From an uncultured virus (IMG/VR IMGVR_UViG_2875459517_000002) (Duplodnaviria; Heunggongvirae; Uroviricota; Caudoviricetes), in the IMG/VR virus record IMGVR_UViG_2875459517_000002: a stretch of DNA of 64,000 nt. One strand, written 5' to 3'. Shown here in pieces: positions 30,055 through 38,883 of the stretch (position 1 is the first letter of the stretch; each line of letters starts with the position of its first letter). The notes under the pieces were generated by a model. It did no database searches and had not been told where the DNA came from. It saw only the letters and a program-made list of their open reading frames with translations. The position numbers and the translations under genes are program-made.

Positions 30055-30645
30055 ATCGGTATACTAACGAATCTAGCGATGTCAACGCAATTACTTACGA
30101 ACCCGGCCGCCAAGCCACCGGAACCTCCGCCACCGAGTCCGCCGCGCATTACCGAAGAAGAATACGCGCTCCAAGAGGCGGAGGCCGTTATCAAAGGTAA
30201 GGACGCTGAGTTGGCGGCCAAGGATGCGAAGATAAAAGCGCTCGAATCCGAACTTGCTTCCGTAAAAGGCGAAGTTAAGGCGCGGGCTAACGAAAAGCGC
30301 GAGAAGACTTCGCATAAGCACGTACAAACATCCGGATGGCAAACGTTCGAGGCGACTGCGTATACGGCTTATTGCGCGGAAGGATGTACCGGAACAACAG
30401 CGACTGGCCTCGACGTCAGCCATACGATCTACCACGCCGGCAAGCGTATTATAGCGGTCGATCCGTCAGTGATTGCGTTAGGCTCGACGGTTGAGGTGCG
30501 GCAGGCAGACGGCACGACGTTCGAAGCAGTGGCGCAAGATGTTGGAGGCGCAATTAAAGGCGCCAAGATTGACGTTTTAGTTGCGGACGAAGCCGACGCG
30601 GTTCAGTTCGGACGGCAGTCGGTGCAGGTTCGCGTAATAAATTAA
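30055..30645 (+). CDS. 3D-domain cell-wall-binding/lytic protein (start ATC 30055 or ATG 30079)
   Basis: FEATAYT..C...TG.TATG, IAVDP.VI.LGS, A.DVGGAIKG.KIDV. Confidence 0.88.
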   Translation: MGILTNLAMSTQLLTNPAAKPPEPPPPSPPRITEEEYALQEAEAVIKGKDAELAAKDAKIKALESELASVKGEVKARANEKREKTSHKHVQTSGWQTFEATAYTAYCAEGCTGTTATGLDVSHTIYHAGKRIIAVDPSVIALGSTVEVRQADGTTFEAVAQDVGGAIKGAKIDVLVADEADAVQFGRQSVQVRVIN

Positions 30646-30919
30646 CGGGAGGGGGTCCGTGTATTGGCGGATATAACACGAAAGGATTTAATCGCGCTTA
30701 CAGAACGCTTCTTAGACGAATACCCGACCAAGCGAGAAAAACGAGAACTTGACGACCTTGCGAGAGCTGGACTTACGCTGCCCAACTTCTCGACGAAATC
30801 ATCACGCCAAGTCTTTGCGAAATATGTGCGGAAGAGGTGATCGGATGGGTTGGTTCCGTGATGAGGCGGAAAGAGCTAAATCAGAATATGATCGAATATT
30901 AAGGAGGAATATCGATAAT

Positions 30920-31855
30920 ATGGCGAAGGATATCGTAAACGCAAACGCTAAAATCCACGTACTGGCTGACGAAACACTTGGCGGCATCAAACGCGAATAC
31001 GTAGAGGTCGATCGGAAGGCGGAGGTCGGCGAGAAGATTATCGTATCTTCTATCGAAACTCACACCATGCGGGATATGACTGTAGGTAATGTATACGATG
31101 TGATTTCGGGATCAGGTGCGGGGGTTACATCGGTACTTGTCAAGGACGATGTAGGCGACGAGGCATACGCAGACCATAGCGGGTATCTCGTACTCGAACC
31201 GACTGATATCATTATCGTTAATGGTCAACGTTTCGAAATGGTTAATGACAACGCGGAAAAAGGCGATATGGTTATCGTAACCGATAGTTATGATTTTCCG
31301 GTTGGTCATGTCGATACAGTTAAAGAGGTGGATGACGATCGCCCTGATGGATCCGTTTATCTAGTCGAGGGGGCAAACGATGAGACGTACTTAGACAGAT
31401 CTGAAGAAGAATATCGCGTCCTCGTCCCGGTTGAAGACGAACCGAAGCCAGCCGACCCAATCGACGTTATCGCCAGTTTAGCGCAGGAGGTAGCGGAGTT
31501 AAAAAAGGCGGCGGTTCATTCGAAAGGTCAGACGAGAGCTTTGGCGGATATTCAAGAAACCGAAGCTAAAGACCTGCGGAAGAAAATTGCGAAATTACAA
31601 GACGAAATCGACACGCTGCACAAAGACAACCGAACGCTCGACGAAGAGTTGGCGCGGTTGAAGTATCCGGCTAAGAACGAAAGTATTATCGAAAGCGCAC
31701 CGTTTGTTCTCGTTATTCATGGAGGGCGGGGAGAGTTCGACGTTTATCAACGAGGAAAAAAGATCGAAAATATTTCACGCTTGGAGATTGAGGCGGATTC
31801 TCGAATAGGTAGTTCGATTGACCTCGAATTTAATAACGTCGGTGAGCGCCCATGA
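30920..31855 (+). CDS. Hypothetical multi-module protein with coiled coil
   Basis: EYVEVDRKAEVGEKII / AEKGDMVIV repeats; RBS aaggagg. Confidence 0.65.
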   Translation: MAKDIVNANAKIHVLADETLGGIKREYVEVDRKAEVGEKIIVSSIETHTMRDMTVGNVYDVISGSGAGVTSVLVKDDVGDEAYADHSGYLVLEPTDIIIVNGQRFEMVNDNAEKGDMVIVTDSYDFPVGHVDTVKEVDDDRPDGSVYLVEGANDETYLDRSEEEYRVLVPVEDEPKPADPIDVIASLAQEVAELKKAAVHSKGQTRALADIQETEAKDLRKKIAKLQDEIDTLHKDNRTLDEELARLKYPAKNESIIESAPFVLVIHGGRGEFDVYQRGKKIENISRLEIEADSRIGSSIDLEFNNVGERP

Positions 31856-32427
31856 AGCTCGCCCTAACCGCACCACTACGCGCAGGCAAGTCGCAGGCAG
31901 CCGGCTATCTATCGATGTATTACGATTTCCAAAAGTTCGCCTTCAGCGACGAATTAAAAGCGGCTTTCCATCGCGCATTCCCTTCCGTGCCTGAAAATCC
32001 GAAGCCACGCGCGTATTATCAAGAATTCGGTCAGGCGGTGCGGAAGATACTCGGAGAGAACGTCTGGATAGACGCATGTATGGCGAAGATTGACGCATAT
32101 AGGGCGCTCTTTTCTCGCAAATGTGACTGTGGCTTATCTCCGTCCCTGAAGAATCGCGTACTGATCGAAGACGTCCGGCAGCAGAACGAATATGACCGGC
32201 TGCGCGCCGAAGGATTTACGATCGTCCGCATCACAGCGCCGGAGGAACTACGGATCGAACGTGCACGAAAGGCCGGCGACGATTTCGATTTAGCAGCGCT
32301 CGATCATCCGACTGAAAAAGCGCTGCAAACTTTCGAAGTTGATTACGAAATCGTGAACGATGGGACGTACGAGCAGCTTTACGCGAAATTAGATGCGCTG
32401 GCTGCCGAGTTACTTGGCCGAGCTTAA
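31852..32427 (+). CDS. Nucleoside monophosphate kinase-like P-loop protein
   Basis: RAGKS, AFSDELK, IEDVRQ.NE, H.TE, IVNDGT. Confidence 0.85.
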   Translation: MKLALTAPLRAGKSQAAGYLSMYYDFQKFAFSDELKAAFHRAFPSVPENPKPRAYYQEFGQAVRKILGENVWIDACMAKIDAYRALFSRKCDCGLSPSLKNRVLIEDVRQQNEYDRLRAEGFTIVRITAPEELRIERARKAGDDFDLAALDHPTEKALQTFEVDYEIVNDGTYEQLYAKLDALAAELLGRA

Positions 32428-32802
32428 ATCGAAAGCATAAACGCCGGAAGGGTACGCCATATACGCCTGCTTAGCGGCTTCCTCTTCGCCAATCATCTGA
32501 AAACGTAGCGGAAGGTCCTCGTCTTTGAAGCCGGCCGCCTTAATTACTTTGCTTGCGGCTTTATTATACGAACGCTTATCAAATTTGAACGGAGTCGCAT
32601 CGGCCTTAACGCTTTCCGGCTTTGCGCAAACAAGGCGATTCGCTTCGTCATCGTAGCCGATCGTCAGGTAAAACGGCGCTTTGTCGGGCAGGCCGATGAT
32701 CTTACGTGCGCCGGACGAAACGTATATTCTTCGTTGTTTATCAAGCGTTATGTAAGCGTCATTACTTTGCGCTGAAATCCAATTAATAACCACGCAATTC
32801 AC
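32410..32802 (-). CDS. Hypothetical protein, divergent from the methyltransferase
   Basis: RBS gaggtg; ITLDKQRRIYV suggests an AbrB-like fold (weak). Confidence 0.6.
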   Translation of the reverse strand: MNCVVINWISAQSNDAYITLDKQRRIYVSSGARKIIGLPDKAPFYLTIGYDDEANRLVCAKPESVKADATPFKFDKRSYNKAASKVIKAAGFKDEDLPLRFQMIGEEEAAKQAYMAYPSGVYAFDLSSAK

Positions 32803-32837
32803 CTCGATTATACATTATACGGAAATTATATTCGCTT

Positions 32838-34097
32838 TTGGGACGAAAGTCAAACGAAAAGGGGGCGATTGATATAGGGAAAGCCGATCGTAAACGCTGG
32901 GAAGGAAACGTTAAGTCGATGGAAATCATCGCGAAAGCCCTCGACCAAATAACCGAAGAAGATATCGAATTCTTACGGCAAAATTATACGTCGGCAGGCG
33001 GGTTACTGCCGAATGCGTTTAGCGGTGGGGCCTTTTTCACACCCACTCACGTTGCAAAGTTCGTATGGGATATGTTAAAGCCGCGGCTGCCTGAGACTCC
33101 GAAGGTTCTGGAACCTTCCGTTGGTGCCGGCGTATTTCTTGAACATGCGCCGAAGGATGCCGAAATTACAGCATTAGAACTTGATAGTACGAGCGCAAAA
33201 GTAACCTCGCTGCTATATCCAGACGCTGAGATTATCGAAGGGAACGCGCTAGTGCATGGCCGCCGAGATTATTACGATCTAGTAATCGGCAACCCGCCAT
33301 ACGGAGTAAGCGTTAAGCTCGAGCCGCAAGAAGACGAGGAGTGGCGGTCAATTACTAAAAAGAAGGGAGAATACGGAGGCAAGTCAGAGGTTGCTTTTAT
33401 CGAACTCGCAATCAAATCAGCTAAACCCGGAGGTTATATTGCGTTTGTACTTCCGTTAGGTATATCCTTCGCTAACTATGCATCCAAGCTTCGAAAGCTC
33501 ATGCACGAAACGTGCTGGCAGATCGCGACTATTTTACTTCCGGGAGAAACGTTCCAACACGTAGGTACTACGATTCCTACGCAGATATTAATACTACGGA
33601 AAGCACCGCCTAGAACGGAGTTGATACCGCCAGCAACTACGAAATGGCGCTCAAATTTCAGAAGAGGCGGTGACACTGACATATCGGAATATAACGCAAA
33701 ATTTCTCCAAGGTCAGCCGCCTGCTTATTTCGCACAAGTAACAGACATTGGGTGGGATGTGAAAGGAAAGTCAACCGATGCGTCGGGCGATGGTCTGACG
33801 CAACTTGACGAACTCCTTGACGATTTCACTGACGATAACCTTATGCGCGAAAATCTATATCCACACTTACCTAGCTGGCATGGAATCGACAAAGGAAACG
33901 AGGCGTTCTTCTTCTCACACGGCAACGGTCAGTGTGACGGCTTAAGGGATGCAGCGACCACTTTTCCGGAAGGTCCTTATCGCTGGAATGAACTAACGTT
34001 AGGCGCCGGGGATGAGATCGAATGGAATGGACGTATGGTGAGCTCGTTTGATTTCGATTGGCAGGACGAAATCGTTCGCAATTATTTCGATAGATAG
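32838..34097 (+). CDS. Amino (probably N6-adenine) DNA methyltransferase, orphan (start possibly ATA 32874)
   Basis: GAFFTP, VLEPSVGAGVF SAM motif, IGNPPYG catalytic motif. Confidence 0.9.
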   Translation: MGRKSNEKGAIDIGKADRKRWEGNVKSMEIIAKALDQITEEDIEFLRQNYTSAGGLLPNAFSGGAFFTPTHVAKFVWDMLKPRLPETPKVLEPSVGAGVFLEHAPKDAEITALELDSTSAKVTSLLYPDAEIIEGNALVHGRRDYYDLVIGNPPYGVSVKLEPQEDEEWRSITKKKGEYGGKSEVAFIELAIKSAKPGGYIAFVLPLGISFANYASKLRKLMHETCWQIATILLPGETFQHVGTTIPTQILILRKAPPRTELIPPATTKWRSNFRRGGDTDISEYNAKFLQGQPPAYFAQVTDIGWDVKGKSTDASGDGLTQLDELLDDFTDDNLMRENLYPHLPSWHGIDKGNEAFFFSHGNGQCDGLRDAATTFPEGPYRWNELTLGAGDEIEWNGRMVSSFDFDWQDEIVRNYFDR

Positions 34098-34130
34098 CGC
34101 GATTACTAGAGCGAGAAGGAGGTTTTACGT

Positions 34131-34514
34131 ATGGGAACGGTAAAAATCGATCTACACCGCAAGGACCGCGAATTCCACGCAGCCTATGCGCTCGATAACG
34201 CAGAGGGCGTCAAGTTGCTACTCGCCGATTACCAGAAGTTCGTCAGCCGGAAGCGATGCGGCGACTATGCGGCCGTGGAAGTGCTGATCGATATTCATAA
34301 AGCGATTGAGCTCGCCGGCTTAACGGATCGGCAACGGCAGGCGATCGAGCTCGTTTACTTCGGCGAATTAACGCAAACCGAGGCGGGCGAACGGATGGGC
34401 ATAACGCAGCAAGGCGTCGTATCTCATTTGAACGCTGCAGCCGATAGCTTGGCGGAAATTTATTATTATTGGGCGAGCCATGACGAAGGCTACGCGATAA
34501 GGGGGACGAATTAG
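34131..34514 (+). CDS. Sigma-70 region-4 HTH protein (putative late regulator)
   Basis: LTDRQRQAIELVYFGELTQTEAGERMGITQQGV. Confidence 0.8.
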   Translation: MGTVKIDLHRKDREFHAAYALDNAEGVKLLLADYQKFVSRKRCGDYAAVEVLIDIHKAIELAGLTDRQRQAIELVYFGELTQTEAGERMGITQQGVVSHLNAAADSLAEIYYYWASHDEGYAIRGTN

Positions 34515-35143
34515 TGGATAACGGTTTATTGCACGAAATGATTACGGAATTGCAGCTCGAAGTTAGACACGATTATAAGACGGGCGGTCCGTTAGCTTGG
34601 CGCTGTGTTTCCGGCCAGCCGCGAGAAGGCGATCACGTATTAGTTGACGGCGAAATCGTTACGTATAAGGACGAAGAGCACGCCGCCTTAGATTTGCGGA
34701 CCATTTATATCTCCGATCGTGTAGCTCGCTTAGAGCGAATTACAGCGCTTACTGACGCTTATATGGACGCGACTGACAAAGAACCGGATTCCATCGCGTT
34801 AGACCGCATGGCGGATCTCGTACTTTTCGAAGAATTAACCGATACGAATAAAAACAAAATGAAGGCGGAATATCCGATCATGAGCGAACGCCTGGAAACG
34901 ACGCGCAAGAACGGAGAGCGTTCCGGTAAGCTGGCGGAAGAGTACGATCAAACGGGCCGCAATCGCGCCGAACCTACGCGCCGTTCACTATCGACTTACG
35001 AATCTATTTTCGTTGATGCGCGCGCCAAGTCGCTAAATAAGCAGCGCCGCAAGCGCTATAGCGATTTTGTTAACGGACGCACGGACGGCCAATTTACGGT
35101 TAATATCGCAACAGGCGAAAGGGTAGAACATACGGGCGCATAA
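34514..35143 (+). CDS. Hypothetical protein
   Basis: Coupled ORF followed by a small terminator hairpin. Confidence 0.6.
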   Translation: MDNGLLHEMITELQLEVRHDYKTGGPLAWRCVSGQPREGDHVLVDGEIVTYKDEEHAALDLRTIYISDRVARLERITALTDAYMDATDKEPDSIALDRMADLVLFEELTDTNKNKMKAEYPIMSERLETTRKNGERSGKLAEEYDQTGRNRAEPTRRSLSTYESIFVDARAKSLNKQRRKRYSDFVNGRTDGQFTVNIATGERVEHTGA

Positions 35144-35180
35144 GCGCCTTTTATTTATCTATTTACGGAGGTGCGACCGA

Positions 35181-35360
35181 ATGCAAAACGGATATTATTA
35201 CTGCTATTCTGCGAATCTATACGAATTCCTGCGCGACCATGACCAGCGCTATATCTGCGTAGGCTTAAACGAAAATACTTTACGGAAGTTTTGGCAATAT
35301 GCACGCACACCCGAACTCGATCGTTTGTTAACGGAGTGGCAGCGCCGCAAGCCGGATTAA
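35181..35360 (+). CDS. Small DUF5659-like protein (MQNGYYYCYSANLYEFL...FWQY...)
   Basis: Hand-translated, 59 aa; RBS ggaggtg. Confidence 0.65.
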   Translation: MQNGYYYCYSANLYEFLRDHDQRYICVGLNENTLRKFWQYARTPELDRLLTEWQRRKPD

Positions 35361-35392
35361 GTCGAATAGTTATTTAAGTGGAGGACGATTAT

Positions 35393-35821
35393 ATGAGCGA
35401 CAAAGCGAAGGCCCTTCCGTTTGATACTGCGGCGGGCTATACGGGCATACCTAACGTTATTCTTACGCATTATCAATACTTTCCGAAGCTGAACGGTAAC
35501 GCCGTGTTGGTATACGCGTTTCTACTGAAATTTTATAATGCGGACTACGGTTACGCTTTTCCAACGCAAGAACAGGCGGCCAGGGCGCTCGCGATGAGCG
35601 ATTCAACGTATCGTAACGCAGTTAAAACACTAGTTCAGGCGCAGCTTATACAAACGGTAGAGAACGGAGGCGGCGCGAAGAACCTCATCTATTATTTCCG
35701 CAAACCGATCGAAGACGAAACCGAGTTTTTTCGTATGTTTCCGGAAGCTGCCGAGAATAAACGGAAGCAGGACGCGATATGGTCGAATATTGGTGCGAAA
35801 AGGAAAGCGCGCGTGGTATAA
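35393..35821 (+). CDS. Short winged-HTH replication-initiator-like protein
   Basis: YT.IPN, YGYAFPTQEQAARALAMSDST...VKTL...LI...NLIYY. Confidence 0.75.
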   Translation: MSDKAKALPFDTAAGYTGIPNVILTHYQYFPKLNGNAVLVYAFLLKFYNADYGYAFPTQEQAARALAMSDSTYRNAVKTLVQAQLIQTVENGGGAKNLIYYFRKPIEDETEFFRMFPEAAENKRKQDAIWSNIGAKRKARVV

Positions 35822-35822
35822 T
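35793..35822 (+). promoter_or_regulatory. Extended -10 SigA promoter for the peptide gene
   Basis: TG-G-TATAAT at 35814-35822; weak -35 gtgcga. Confidence 0.65.
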
Positions 35823-35846
35823 TTTACTTTATCGGAGGTGAGACGA

Positions 35847-35921
35847 ATGGGAGAGATTAAACCGGGAGCTAATCCGTTGGAAAGCGCAATTAGAGGAGCG
35901 AGCCCGTCACGCGGAGCATAA
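35847..35921 (+). CDS. 24-aa poly-arbitrium mimic peptide MGEIKPGANPLESAIRGASPSRGA
   Basis: Hand-translated; strong RBS GGAGGTGA 35834-35841; own promoter and terminator; contains SAIRGA, SPSRGA and EIKPGA. Confidence 0.85.
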   Translation: MGEIKPGANPLESAIRGASPSRGA

Positions 35922-35925
35922 AACG

Positions 35926-35957
35926 AAAAAGGACGCCTTATACGGGCGTCTTTTCTT
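35926..35957. terminator. Bidirectional terminator
   Basis: aaaaag-gacgcct-tatac-gggcgtc-ttttctt. Confidence 0.8.
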
Positions 35958-36099
35958 CGTCATCTTCCGTTTGTAATTCAAGAACTTCGATCTGCGATTT
36001 TAAGATAGCTATGTCTCGGCTGTTTAGGTTCGTAGGTAATTCAAAGCGCGCAATCTGCCCGTTTGTAAGCGCAATGCGAGCGTATTGTTTTTCGTCCAT
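35938..36099 (-). CDS. Small hypothetical protein (MDEKQYARIALTNGQ..., 53 aa)
   Basis: Hand-translated; RBS aaggag. Confidence 0.5.
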   Translation of the reverse strand: MDEKQYARIALTNGQIARFELPTNLNSRDIAILKSQIEVLELQTEDDEEKTPV

Positions 36100-36138
36100 T
36101 CGTATAGCTCCTTCGGTGTTTATGCCTTAAATATATCA

Positions 36139-36951
36139 TCAGCTCTTCCACGAATCAAACGAAGGTATACGCAGCAGTCCTTTGCGCGTCTTAAATCGGT
36201 GCTTAACACGGCATTTTATCGGCTCTATATTCACGTATTTATCCGTTTCTCCTACGTCTGCCCGCTCCGAATGAAATCTCCGCCGATCTGCGTGCGGCAT
36301 AAACTCCATCATACCCGCATAAGAACCGTCTTCATACGCTAAAACGAGCGCATTATCCTCTTTCCGATATCCCGTAATCCAAACGTCAGTGTATTCGTAA
36401 TTAACGATCTTCAGCCAACGATCTGACCGATTATTTTCCGCGTAGGATGAATCTGCGCGCTTCATAACCACACCTTCAATGCCGGAGCTTTTCGCTAATT
36501 CGAAAACAGCGCGGCCATTGCCGGTAACGCTATCGACAATCTTAACGTTTGGATGATCGAGGGCAAGGCCGCTTAATAATTCCTTCCGCTCATATAACGG
36601 CTTCGACGCAACCGATGCGCCGTCAAGACGCAATATATCAAACACGCAGAATACTATCGGATGATAACTTCTTCGCGATTGAAACCGCTCCATCATAGCC
36701 TCGAAGTCTCCGGCGCCTGTCGTTCCGGGCACGATAAGCTCGCCGTCAAGTACGGTGCCGTCCGGAATCTGTAACGTGTGGAGTTCGGGGAATTTAGCGG
36801 TGACTTCGTTGTTGTGGCGCGTGTAGAGGCGTATTTGTCCGTTAGTTTTGGACGCGATCAGACGTATGCCGTCGAATTTGATTTCCGTAATGTAGTCGTC
36901 AGAGTCAAACGGGTCTTTTGCAGACTCTAATAGCATTGGCGAAATAAACAA
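36139..36951 (-). CDS. ATP-dependent DNA ligase
   Basis: PMLL, EIKFDGIR, LDGELI, VFDIL, EGVVMK, WLK. Confidence 0.93.
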   Translation of the reverse strand: MFISPMLLESAKDPFDSDDYITEIKFDGIRLIASKTNGQIRLYTRHNNEVTAKFPELHTLQIPDGTVLDGELIVPGTTGAGDFEAMMERFQSRRSYHPIVFCVFDILRLDGASVASKPLYERKELLSGLALDHPNVKIVDSVTGNGRAVFELAKSSGIEGVVMKRADSSYAENNRSDRWLKIVNYEYTDVWITGYRKEDNALVLAYEDGSYAGMMEFMPHADRRRFHSERADVGETDKYVNIEPIKCRVKHRFKTRKGLLRIPSFDSWKS

Positions 36952-37042
36952 AAAATCACCTCGTTTCAGCTTCGTATTACTTTAATGATATAGTAATATT
37001 AGGCTAGAGCGAAGTGATTAGGCATTGGTAATGTATGGTTAA

Positions 37043-37438
37043 TTAATTCTCTTTAAATATGCCGGAAGCTTTAAATCTATTTAATAACCTATTCATTTCC
37101 TGTAGGGTGAAATCATGGCTATTAATAAGAGTGACAACATCCTCGTCAGTCAATTTTCTTCTCTCAATCACCTTACGTCTTTCGATAACCTCGCCATCCG
37201 CAGTTACACTTTGTTCTTTTTCTTCCAAGGAGATGTTCCACCCGTGAAGATTGATTCCTAGAAAACGGTGTCTCGAATCTCCAATAGGTTTATATGCGAT
37301 AATTGCTCCTGGATTTCTTCCGCCGTCTTGTTCATACGCCTTTTTGTTAAGATCTTGCTCTATTTCTCGTAATTGAATGATTTCTTGTAATAATTCCAAA
37401 CGATACACCTCTTTTATATATTCTTTTTCATTCCGCAA
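37043..37438 (-). CDS. Hypothetical protein
   Basis: AT-rich ORF coupled to the upstream small ORF. Confidence 0.55.
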   Translation of the reverse strand: MRNEKEYIKEVYRLELLQEIIQLREIEQDLNKKAYEQDGGRNPGAIIAYKPIGDSRHRFLGINLHGWNISLEEKEQSVTADGEVIERRKVIERRKLTDEDVVTLINSHDFTLQEMNRLLNRFKASGIFKEN

Positions 37439-37596
37439 CGTCTACATTCACGCAAAAATTTTCCGTTCTTCACTGAGCTTTTGAACAGAGTGTAGTCACA
37501 GTTATCACAACGTCCTGCGCGTACATCCGGCATTTCTTTGTACTCGTAAGTTATGCTCGTATCATATCCCTTTGTCTCGTAATCTTTTCCCTCCAT
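37414..37596 (-). CDS. Small zinc-ribbon protein
   Basis: CDNC...CRRC; RBS ggagg. Confidence 0.65.
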   Translation of the reverse strand: MEGKDYETKGYDTSITYEYKEMPDVRAGRCDNCDYTLFKSSVKNGKFLRECRRCGMKKNI

Positions 37597-37777
37597 ATGC
37601 TCAACCTCCCTGTATGTTCATGTTGTATAGGCAGATTATAACATGCCTCAACAGGGGTGGACTGACTAAAACTAGCACCAATCACGAAATTCTGTACAAA
37701 TTAACAGAAAATGGGCCGCCTCAGACGCGTTCAGGTACGATAGGTATCCGAAAGCTCGGAGCGGCTCATTTCGTTCA

Positions 37778-38215
37778 TTATTTAACGTTGAATTTCGCTG
37801 ACTCAAACGTGCCGACGTATTTGCGCTTGCCTGAATCCGAATAGCAGTCGATCTGTATAACGTATGCGCCTTTGCCGGTCTTGCTGCGGATCGACTTCGC
37901 ACTAAACGACTTCAGAGGCGTTGTCGTTTTGAAGCTTCCGCGCTGTACCAAGCCGGTATCAGTCAGCCCGCCACCACTACGCTTTTTATAAACGCCTGCC
38001 GTATAATACAGTGTGGCGCCGCCTTTCTTCTCGGCTTTCCAATCGACCGTCTTTGCGCTGCTGCTATACGTAGCCGCATCCGTATATACGCGAGCTTTAT
38101 GTCCGAACTTCTCCGTCTGCCATCCCGACCACGCTGCGTCTGCTTGCGGTGCCAAAGCGATAGTACTCGTCAATAAAGCCGCGGTGATTACGATTGATTT
38201 AAATAAACGTTTCAT
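37778..38215 (-). CDS. Secreted basic protein
   Basis: Sec signal peptide MKRLFKSIVITAALLTSTIALAPQADA; RBS gaggagg. Confidence 0.75.
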   Translation of the reverse strand: MKRLFKSIVITAALLTSTIALAPQADAAWSGWQTEKFGHKARVYTDAATYSSSAKTVDWKAEKKGGATLYYTAGVYKKRSGGGLTDTGLVQRGSFKTTTPLKSFSAKSIRSKTGKGAYVIQIDCYSDSGKRKYVGTFESAKFNVK

Positions 38216-38320
38216 ACGATTTCCTCCTCGACTTCCAGCCGCGTACCACACGTAGGGCAGCACGCGTCCGGTTTGATTTCGATATCTAATTTTACGTAAT
38301 TACAATCGTGACAAGCGTAT

Positions 38321-38524
38321 TCAATCATCGTTAATGTCTTCCGTTTCCTTTTCGATACGATATCCGAAATATTGCATCAGCGTATTAATCCCGATTTGGT
38401 AAGCGCGCCCGCATCGACCGAAATTGGCGGCGGGACGCACGTATAATTCGAGGATCTGCGCTTCCTGCTGCGGTGTTAATGCCGGCACATCCGGCCATAC
38501 TTTACGAATCATAAGCTGTTCCAT
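38321..38524 (-). CDS. Hypothetical protein
   Basis: RBS ggagg; operon context. Confidence 0.6.
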   Translation of the reverse strand: MEQLMIRKVWPDVPALTPQQEAQILELYVRPAANFGRCGRAYQIGINTLMQYFGYRIEKETEDINDD

Positions 38525-38528
38525 ACCG

Positions 38529-38618
38529 TTATCGCCTCCGTTTTAGTGCTACGACAAGACCCGCGATTGCTACGATCAGGGCCGCCGCCGTAATGCCGAT
38601 GGTTAATACCGTTAACAT
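38529..38618 (-). CDS. 29-aa hydrophobic peptide MLTVLTIGITAAALIVAIAGLVVALKRRR
   Basis: Hand-translated; RBS aaggagg; single TM helix with basic tail. Confidence 0.7.
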   Translation of the reverse strand: MLTVLTIGITAAALIVAIAGLVVALKRRR

Positions 38619-38668
38619 GGCGCGCTCGCCTCCTTGTGTTTGCGTTATGGTTACGGTACTATAAGAGA

Positions 38669-38740
38669 CACGGGGCGGACTCTCCAATCAACCCCGTATC
38701 AATGTTCTGGCGCTAGTCGTTTTTGCGATTAGCGTTTTTT
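38669..38740 (+). ncRNA. Putative antisense antitoxin RNA
   Basis: Promoter TTGTGT(38634)-17-TACTAT(38657); hairpin 38670-38697; terminator cgctagtcgt-tttt-gcgattagcg-tttttt overlapping the toxin 3' end. Confidence 0.6.
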
Positions 38741-38826
38741 GCGTTAACGCAGGCGGTTGCCAGATTCGTTATCGCAATGACGAAGTTTACTATCGCCGTT
38801 ATGATTAGTACCGTTTCCGCGTTCAA
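38713..38826 (-). CDS. 37-aa putative type I toxin MNAETVLIITAIVNFVIAITNLATACVNAKNANRKND
   Basis: Hand-translated; TTG start, RBS aaggagg, promoter TTGACA-17-CATAAT; TM helix plus charged tail. Confidence 0.7.
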   Translation of the reverse strand: MNAETVLIITAIVNFVIAITNLATACVNAKNANRKND

Positions 38827-38853
38827 TCGTTTTTCCCTCCTTTCTATATCTCT

Positions 38854-38882
38854 ATTATGCGCTAGCGCATAGAAAATGTCAA
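38854..38882 (-). promoter_or_regulatory. SigA promoter containing palindromic operator TATGCGCTAGCGCATA
   Basis: TTGACA-17-CATAAT on the minus strand; perfect 16-bp palindrome 38856-38871. Confidence 0.8.
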
Positions 38883-38883
38883 G

